From Candidatus Fermentibacterota bacterium (GTDB lineage Bacteria > Fermentibacterota > Fermentibacteria > Fermentibacterales > Fermentibacteraceae): a stretch of 51,620 nucleotides of DNA. The translations under genes were made by a program, and so were the position numbers. The notes below the pieces were generated by a model. The model saw only the letters and a program-made list of their open reading frames with translations. It was not told the DNA's origin and did not search any database. This document shows, piece by piece, positions 45,750 through 51,620 of this stretch. Location: contig JAAYTY010000144.1 of assembly GCA_012523605.1 (NCBI GenBank), positions 1 through 51,620 of the forward strand, written 5' to 3'. Each line of letters begins with the position of its first letter. The stretch's first letter is position 1.

Positions 45750-45778
45750 TTGACACCGATGGCCTTCCCGGCTATTCT
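45750..45778 (+). promoter_or_regulatory. Sigma70-type promoter TTGACA-17-TATTCT for the TBDR operon
   Basis: Consensus -35, canonical 17-bp spacer and a 4/6 match at -10. Confidence 0.75.
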
Positions 45779-45961
45779 CACTTCGGGCAGTGTGCCCGTG
45801 ATGCGGCGTTCCGCCCCGTTGGGGCGGCTTTGTATGGGTTTGCTCGGCAGTGTTCGCTTCTTGATAGAGGTTGCGCCCCCCGGGAAAGGGAGGTGGACCA
45901 GCTCCGGAGGGCGGAGGCTTTCGACTGAGGTCCCCGATTCTTGGGAAAGGAGAAAAAGACC

Positions 45962-48661
45962 GTGCTGAGTAGGGCTACAGTGCTCTCTCTCGCCCTGGTC
46001 CTGCTGGTCGCGTTCGGCGCGATGGCCGGCACCACGGGCAAGATCGCAGGTCGGGTCACCGACCGGAACGGTCAGCCCCTGGTCGGCGCCGCGGTGCTCA
46101 TAGTGGGCACCCCCTACGGCGCCATGACCGACGCCAACGGCGAGTACTTCATCATCAACCTCGAGCCCGGCGAGTACACGCTGAGGGCGCAGATGGTGGG
46201 AATGTCCATGAAGGAGGCTCAGGGCGTGGAGGTCCTCGTGGACATGACCACGCGCATGGACTTCACACTCGACCCCGAGGCCGTGGGCAACACGGTTTTC
46301 GTGGTCACGGGCGACAGGGCGATGATCCTCCGCGACCTCACGCAGTCCGTCCACGTCGTCAGCCGTGACGAGATCAAGACCATGCCGGTGGCCGGCATCC
46401 AGGACGTCGTCAACCGCCAGGCCGGCTCCGTGGACCGCGGCGGGCTCCACATGCGCGGCGGCAGAACCGGCGAGGTGGTCTATCTCGTCGACGGCGTCGC
46501 CCAGGTGGATCCAACCAGCAACGTGTTCAACAGCGACATCCCCATGTCCGCGGTGGCCGAGACGTCGGTCATCTCCGGCGGCTTCGGCGCGGAGTACGGC
46601 AACGCCCAGTCCGGAGTCGTGAACATCGTCACCCGCGAGGGCGGAAACGAGTACACCGGCTCCGCAGAGTTCAGTGGAAACGACTGGCAGGCCCTGGGTC
46701 TGGCCGACGGCTGGACATTCGTCACCGACTGGGACGACGCCGGCCCGTTCTCCGAGGCCAGGCTCAACGGCGAGGCCTCCATCGGCGGCCCCGAGCCCCT
46801 CACGAGCTTCCTTCTGCCCGCCATCGGCATCGACATCCCCGGCGACATGCGCCTCTTCGCCTCCGGCGAATGGCTCGAGACCGGCGGCGGCGAGGATGGG
46901 CGCTACGAGTATCAGTTCAACAACTGGCGCACCCAGTGGAGCACCAACGTCAAGCTGACCTACCGCCCCAACAACAGGACGAAGATCAACCTCACCTCCT
47001 ACATCCTCGACAGGGTGGCGGGCTTCGGCATCTGGGAGTACTACCGCTGCGAGGAGCCGTACGTAGATCCGGCGACCGGCGACACCATGCCCGGCACCGA
47101 CGTCCGCTACATCCTCCCCACGAGGTTCTGGCTCAACACCAGCAACGGCATCGGCCTCACCCAGACCCTCAGCGACGCGACCTTCATGGAGTTCAAGGTC
47201 AACCAGTACATGGCCCGCTTCCGCTACAAGATCCGCGACCCGGAAGGCGGCTGGCTGGGCGAGGACTGGGACGAGGACGACTGGCTGGCATACCAGCCCT
47301 CCCGCGTGAACGACGAGGAGGGATATCCGCGCTCCGGCGCCAGCCGCTACGCCTGGAACGACACCCGCAGCACCATCTCCACGGCGAGGATAGACGTCAC
47401 GAGCCAGATCTCGCAGGAGCACCAGCTCAAGGCCGGCGTCGAGGGCCAGTACTACGACGTGTTCGACTACAGCGTGGACACCGCCTCCGGAGGCAACATC
47501 TACCTCAACAGGTATCACGCCTTCCCGAACAGCGGCTCCGCGTACATCCAGGACAAGATGGAGTACAGGGGCATGATCGTGAACGCGGGTCTCAGGTTCG
47601 ACTACTTCGACGCCAACTTCGACAACTACCCGGCCGATCCGTCGAACCCGGTGACCCCGGGCACGACGCCCGACGACCCCGACCACATAGTCAACCCGAT
47701 CTCCGTTCCGATCAAGTACCACCTCAGCCCGCGCGTGGGCTTCTCCCACCCCATCACCGAGCGTGACGTCCTCCACTTCACCTACGGCCACTACTTCCAG
47801 ATGCCGATGTTCGACAGGCTCTACTACGGATCTTCGTACGACCTGTCCGGCGCCTTCCCGCTGATCGGCAACGTGGACCTCGAGCCCGAGGAGACCATCT
47901 CCTACGAGGTGGGAGTGAAGCACCAGTTCGACGACGTGACCCTCATGGACGTGACGGGCTTCTACAAGGACATCACGGGCCTGATCGACACCGAGCGCAA
48001 CTTCTATTCGGCCGTTGACTTCTACGATCACTACATCAACGGCGACTACGGCAGCGTGCGCGGCGCCGAGCTCTCGATCATGAGGCGCCAGAGCGGCTTC
48101 TGGTCGTTCAGCGGCAACTACAGCTACCAGGTCGCCAAGGGCAAGTCGTCGGGCGCCACCCAGAACTACAGCTACCTATGGTCAGGCTGGGTCATCCCGA
48201 AGCGCGAGTCCTACCTCGACTGGGATCAGAGGCACACCGCCAACGTGAATGTGGACTTCCGCATTCCCAGGGGCGAGGGTCCGAGGCTCGGCGCATTCCC
48301 GATCCTCGAGGGCTTCGGCGTTTCCACCCAGTGGAGCTGGGGCTCGGGCTTCCCGTACACGCAGGACAACCAGGGTACCGCCTCCCCCGAGATCAACGGA
48401 AGGCGCATGCCCTGGACTATGAATACGGACATGAAGATCAACCGCACGATATGGGCGGGCCCGCTGACCTTCGACGTGTACTGCTGGATCATGAACGTCT
48501 TCAACCGGCAGAACATCAGCAGCATCGCCGATATCGCCTGGTATGACGCCGATCAGGACGGCGACGGCGAGCCCGACCACGATCCCGAGGGCTCGACCCA
48601 CAATCCGTACGTGTATTCGCGTCCGCGCATGATCCGCTTCGGCATGAGCGTGGAGTGGTAG
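45962..48661 (+). CDS. TonB-dependent receptor with N-terminal carboxypeptidase-regulatory-like domain
   Basis: Signal peptide; GKIAGRVTD..G.PL.GA.V; plug motifs H.RGGR..E..Y.VDG and SGGF.AEYGNA.SGVVN; SPR.GFS.P; L.PE.T.SYE.G; C-terminal RFGMSVEW. AAGGAG ribosome-binding site before GTG. Confidence 0.93.
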   Translation: MLSRATVLSLALVLLVAFGAMAGTTGKIAGRVTDRNGQPLVGAAVLIVGTPYGAMTDANGEYFIINLEPGEYTLRAQMVGMSMKEAQGVEVLVDMTTRMDFTLDPEAVGNTVFVVTGDRAMILRDLTQSVHVVSRDEIKTMPVAGIQDVVNRQAGSVDRGGLHMRGGRTGEVVYLVDGVAQVDPTSNVFNSDIPMSAVAETSVISGGFGAEYGNAQSGVVNIVTREGGNEYTGSAEFSGNDWQALGLADGWTFVTDWDDAGPFSEARLNGEASIGGPEPLTSFLLPAIGIDIPGDMRLFASGEWLETGGGEDGRYEYQFNNWRTQWSTNVKLTYRPNNRTKINLTSYILDRVAGFGIWEYYRCEEPYVDPATGDTMPGTDVRYILPTRFWLNTSNGIGLTQTLSDATFMEFKVNQYMARFRYKIRDPEGGWLGEDWDEDDWLAYQPSRVNDEEGYPRSGASRYAWNDTRSTISTARIDVTSQISQEHQLKAGVEGQYYDVFDYSVDTASGGNIYLNRYHAFPNSGSAYIQDKMEYRGMIVNAGLRFDYFDANFDNYPADPSNPVTPGTTPDDPDHIVNPISVPIKYHLSPRVGFSHPITERDVLHFTYGHYFQMPMFDRLYYGSSYDLSGAFPLIGNVDLEPEETISYEVGVKHQFDDVTLMDVTGFYKDITGLIDTERNFYSAVDFYDHYINGDYGSVRGAELSIMRRQSGFWSFSGNYSYQVAKGKSSGATQNYSYLWSGWVIPKRESYLDWDQRHTANVNVDFRIPRGEGPRLGAFPILEGFGVSTQWSWGSGFPYTQDNQGTASPEINGRRMPWTMNTDMKINRTIWAGPLTFDVYCWIMNVFNRQNISSIADIAWYDADQDGDGEPDHDPEGSTHNPYVYSRPRMIRFGMSVEW

Positions 48662-48688
48662 AAGGCGCAGGCTGAACAAACGAAGGCG

Positions 48689-48715
48689 GGCGGTTCCCCT
48701 TCCGGGGGGACCGCC
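48689..48715 (+). terminator. Intercistronic stem-loop between TBDR and exbB
   Basis: GGCGGTTCCCC-TTCCG-GGGGGACCGCC: an 11-bp stem with one G-U pair and no U-tract. Confidence 0.55.
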
Positions 48716-48748
48716 TCCCGACAGCGACCGACAAGGAGAAGTCCTTAG

Positions 48749-49582
48749 ATGCGTAACATCCTGATTGCAGTCCTGTTCATGGCTGCGCTCTCCTGGGGGC
48801 AGGCCGGCGGGACACCAGCGGCCGCGACGCCTGACTCGACTGCCGTACAGCCCGAAGACACCACCGCACAGGTGACCGAACCCGTCGCTCCTCCGGTGGA
48901 AGACGCCGCCACCCCTCCCGAAGGTCAGGACATCGAGCGCCCGCAGAGCGCCCGCATGGATATCAAGGACCTGTTCATAGCGGGCGGGATCTTCATGTGG
49001 CCGCTGCTCCTCTCCGCGATCCTCGGCGTGGCCTTCTCGGTGGAGCGCTTCATCACCCTCGGGAAGTGCAAGATCAACCAGGGTCTCTTCCTCGAACAGC
49101 TCGGGGGCTACATCCGCAAGGGCGACGCCCGCGGAGCCGAGGACCTCTGCGACCGCACGCGCGGCCCGGTGGCCTCCATCATGCGCGCCGGCCTCCTGCG
49201 CCGTGACAAGGGCCTCGACGCCGTCGAGAAGGGCATAGAGACCGCGGCCAGCGTCGAGGTGAACTTCCTCGAGCGGGGCCTCATCGTGCTCGCCTCGGTA
49301 GTCGTCATCGCCCCCATGCTGGGCTTCCTCGGAACGGTTTCGGGCATGATCAACGCCTTCGGCGCGATAGCCGCCGCAAAGAACGTCGAGGCCAGCCTTG
49401 TCGCGAGCGGCATACAGGAGGCGCTGATCACCACGGCCACCGGCCTGATGATCGCCATCCCGATCCAGATGTGCTACAACTGGTTCCTAGCTCAGATCGG
49501 CCGTTACGTGGTCGAGATGGAGGAAGCCAGCGGCTTCCTGGTGGACACCCTGACCGACATGGAGCAGCTCAAGAAGCTGTAA
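48749..49582 (+). CDS. exbB: MotA/TolQ/ExbB proton channel with a signal-like sequence and Pro/Thr-rich N-terminal extension
   Basis: GG..MWPLL, ER, LERGL..L, APMLGFLGTV.GMI.AF and GI.EAL.TTA.GL.IAIP. Confidence 0.93.
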   Translation: MRNILIAVLFMAALSWGQAGGTPAAATPDSTAVQPEDTTAQVTEPVAPPVEDAATPPEGQDIERPQSARMDIKDLFIAGGIFMWPLLLSAILGVAFSVERFITLGKCKINQGLFLEQLGGYIRKGDARGAEDLCDRTRGPVASIMRAGLLRRDKGLDAVEKGIETAASVEVNFLERGLIVLASVVVIAPMLGFLGTVSGMINAFGAIAAAKNVEASLVASGIQEALITTATGLMIAIPIQMCYNWFLAQIGRYVVEMEEASGFLVDTLTDMEQLKKL

Positions 49583-49591
49583 GGAGTTCGC

Positions 49592-50341
49592 ATGCGGCTG
49601 ATAAAGAAATCTAGCCCGAACGCGGATATTCCTGAGGCTTCAATGGCCGACATCGGGTTCCTCCTGATGATCTTCTTCCTCGTCACGACCACGTTCGAGG
49701 TCCAGAAGGGCATCTCCTACAGGCTTCCCAAGAAGCCCGACGAGCAGACGCAGGAGGTGGTCGTCGACGAGACCAACCGTCTCATGATGACCATCAAGCA
49801 GTGGGGGATGAACGAATACGTGGCCCTGATCGACCAGGCTCCTCCAGGAGGGCCCCTGCAGAGGGCCCGCGCGGGCGAGGACGTCAGCCTGGAGGACTCG
49901 GCCCTGGTGTCGGGCATCCGCGCGCTCGCATCCGAGCGCGCCGAAACGCTCGCGGCGGCGCGCAGCAGGCTGCTCACGAACCTGCTGATCGCGAAGGACC
50001 TCTCGGCCGGTTCCTACACCAGCCTCGAAGTGGCCATTCAGGGAGAGAACCTTGTTCCGCAGGTGCGCCCGGGGATCATGAGGTCGCACCTCGGATCGAG
50101 CATCGTCGTCGACGACGACCCCTTGTTCGGGCAGGTCGCCTTCGGCGACACTCTCGTGCTCTCCGACGCCGTGCAGGGCGAGATAGCGAGCGTGGTGAGG
50201 GAGAGCGAACTGGTCGTGATCCTGAAGTTCTTCCCCGACTGCGATTACGACGGCATGGTGCAGGCCCTGGACATGCTGCGCCGGAACGGCGTCAGCCGCA
50301 CGGGCATCACGATCCAGGAGAGGACGGGTGGCACGGTATGA
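49592..50341 (+). CDS. exbD: ExbD/TolR-family protein with a large internal insertion
   Basis: IP.ASMADI.FLL.IFFLVTTTF TM motif and C-terminal VILK...Y..MV..LD.L...GV. At 249 aa it is much longer than a typical ExbD. Confidence 0.82.
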   Translation: MRLIKKSSPNADIPEASMADIGFLLMIFFLVTTTFEVQKGISYRLPKKPDEQTQEVVVDETNRLMMTIKQWGMNEYVALIDQAPPGGPLQRARAGEDVSLEDSALVSGIRALASERAETLAAARSRLLTNLLIAKDLSAGSYTSLEVAIQGENLVPQVRPGIMRSHLGSSIVVDDDPLFGQVAFGDTLVLSDAVQGEIASVVRESELVVILKFFPDCDYDGMVQALDMLRRNGVSRTGITIQERTGGTV

Positions 50342-50796
50342 GGATAAAGCGCGCATCGAGGTCACCCGCCAAGATCCCCACCGCCTCCACGGCGGATCTG
50401 GTGTTCATCCTGCTGACGTTCTTCATGAGCACCACCCTGTTCCGCGAGGAGGGGGGGCTGAGCATCCGGTTCCCGCAGGCGCATCCCGAAGTCATGACCG
50501 AACTCGGGAGGCAGGCGCTGTCCATCAACGTGTGGGTGAAGCAGCTCGAGCCGGGCAACGACCAGAGCGACATCGTGGCGCGCATCGGCGACTTCGACAT
50601 GCCCGTCCGTGACGTCCCGGTTCAGCTCAGGGCCCTTAGCGAGCGCCTGTGGACGGAGCAGAACAAGAGCGTTGACGTGATCATCTTCAACATAGACCAG
50701 CGCGTCCCGATGCGGGCGATGGTCGAACTGTTCAACTCCCTCCGGTACGAGGAGCTGTACAGCGTCATGTTCAACGCCGAGGAAGTCCCATACTAG
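50338..50796 (+). CDS. exbD: Second ExbD/TolR-family protein
   Basis: IPTASTADLVFILLTFFMSTT.F and D..VP.....L...LR. ATGA overlap with the first exbD. Confidence 0.85.
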   Translation: MRIKRASRSPAKIPTASTADLVFILLTFFMSTTLFREEGGLSIRFPQAHPEVMTELGRQALSINVWVKQLEPGNDQSDIVARIGDFDMPVRDVPVQLRALSERLWTEQNKSVDVIIFNIDQRVPMRAMVELFNSLRYEELYSVMFNAEEVPY

Positions 50797-50806
50797 GGAG
50801 GACGCT

Positions 50807-51481
50807 GTGAGCACGCGTGCGAACGCATACAGCGAGTTCAAGGAGAAGGCCTCCCTGATGTACGACTGGGGGACGGTCATGGCGCTCGCAGCCGCCATCC
50901 TGATCTTCGAACTGGTCCCCCCCACGGAGATGGGAAGCATATCCACTCGCACCACCGACTCCGAGATGGAGGCCGTGGAGGCCGACCTCGCCTTCGACGA
51001 CACGGTCCAGGAGCAGGAGGAGGAGGTCCAGCAGGAGCAGGAGGAGATGCAGCAGGCCGCCGAGGAGCTGATCGAGCAGCTCCAGACGGACGTGACCCTG
51101 TCGCTGGGCGACTCGACGGGTCTCGCGACCGTCACGACCGTCCAGCAGACTGCCGAGAACGTCGGCGATGGCGGCGAGGAGATGGGCCCCCCCAGGTTCA
51201 TGCCCGTGGAGGTCTTCCCCAACTGCACGTTCCGTCCCCAGCCTGCCTACCCGGAGATGGCGCGGATGGCGGGCGTGGAGGGAACCGTCACGCTGTGGGT
51301 GTTCGTGAAGACCGACGGCACGGTGGGGGATGTTCAGCTCTACAACTCGAGCGGAGCGAGCGCCCTGGACGAAGCGGCCCTCGAGGCCGCCTGGCGCACG
51401 AGATGGACCCCCGCCCAGAACAGCGGGATTCCCGTCGGAGTGTGGACGACCGTGCAGTACGTCTTCACGCTGAACAACTAG
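50807..51481 (+). CDS. tonB: Energy transducer TonB
   Basis: N-terminal TM, acidic linker, and a C-domain P.YPE.AR.AG.EG.V...V...G.V....SSG...LD.AA..A.....PA...G.PV....F.L. Confidence 0.92.
   Translation: MSTRANAYSEFKEKASLMYDWGTVMALAAAILIFELVPPTEMGSISTRTTDSEMEAVEADLAFDDTVQEQEEEVQQEQEEMQQAAEELIEQLQTDVTLSLGDSTGLATVTTVQQTAENVGDGGEEMGPPRFMPVEVFPNCTFRPQPAYPEMARMAGVEGTVTLWVFVKTDGTVGDVQLYNSSGASALDEAALEAAWRTRWTPAQNSGIPVGVWTTVQYVFTLNN
51005..51055 (+). repeat. Short imperfect in-frame tandem repeat (GTCCAG[CAG]GAGCAGGAGGAG) encoding the Glu/Gln linker of TonB
   Basis: Translates as VQEQEEE VQQEQEE MQQ. Confidence 0.5.
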
Positions 51482-51600
51482 GCCATGACAGTGTCCGGAC
51501 ATGCGATAGAGGGTAGTGCCAGTGACTCGATCCGGGGGGGCGCGGCCGTCCGCCCCGTCCGCCCGGGCCAGAAGTGGACGAATTGGAGGTGAAGGAGGGT

Positions 51601-51620
51601 ATGAGGAACTCCAGTCACGG
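51601..51620 (+). CDS. Probable start of the next gene (partial)
   Basis: ATG at 51601 preceded by GAAGGAGGGT. Too short to identify. Confidence 0.5.

Noticed and set aside
45864-45961. Lysine-riboswitch-like opening AGAGGTTGCG...GAAAGG
   Set aside because: Under 100 nt remain before the start codon, which is too short, and the GCCGAA and downstream helices are absent.
45707-48031. 774-aa minus-strand ORF
   Set aside because: Antisense shadow of the strongly codon-biased TBDR, with no motifs of its own.
51492-51501. Palindrome TGTCCGGACA after tonB
   Set aside because: A single 10-bp palindrome can arise by chance, and the downstream gene is outside the window.

Overview
High-GC (roughly two-thirds by eye), gene-dense chromosomal segment, most likely from an anaerobic diderm that ferments amino acids. 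The Bacteroidota-style ExbD, the PorV/FadL-like barrels and a FlgD-Ig/T9SS-like C-terminal domain suggest an FCB-related lineage; this is inference only. About 50 CDS were called, nearly all on the + strand. I found no tRNA, rRNA, CRISPR array or mobile element. In order: the end of purA; a TatD-radical SAM fusion; rsmA; an outer-membrane barrel plus lipoprotein; a methyltransferase; envelope genes (CpsB phosphatase, rmlD, gmhA, LPG-synthase-TM protein); an FmdB zinc ribbon behind a sigma54-like promoter; a putative extracellular nucleic-acid capture operon (solute-binding lipoprotein, OB-fold protein, two PorV/FadL-like barrels, a ComEA-HhH barrel, 5'-nucleotidase); an ArcE/COG2403 ligase coupled to a four-subunit 2-oxoacid:ferredoxin oxidoreductase; dtxR-feoA/feoB with a palindromic operator; a minus-strand HAD-MFS-membrane protein-B12 radical SAM operon; pckA; and gcvT-H-PA-PB running directly into an uncharacterised 8-gene module. 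That module has a GlmL/MutL-type ASKHA ATPase with no mutase beside it, a barrel-sandwich-hybrid protein, an FN3-DUF6754-like protein and three more membrane proteins. A TonB-dependent receptor with exbB-exbD-exbD-tonB follows. The best candidates for an undescribed system are (1) the ASKHA-ATPase membrane complex at 38.4-45.7 kb and (2) the nucleic-acid scavenging operon at 9.2-17.6 kb. All family calls come from motif recognition by eye; no database search was run.
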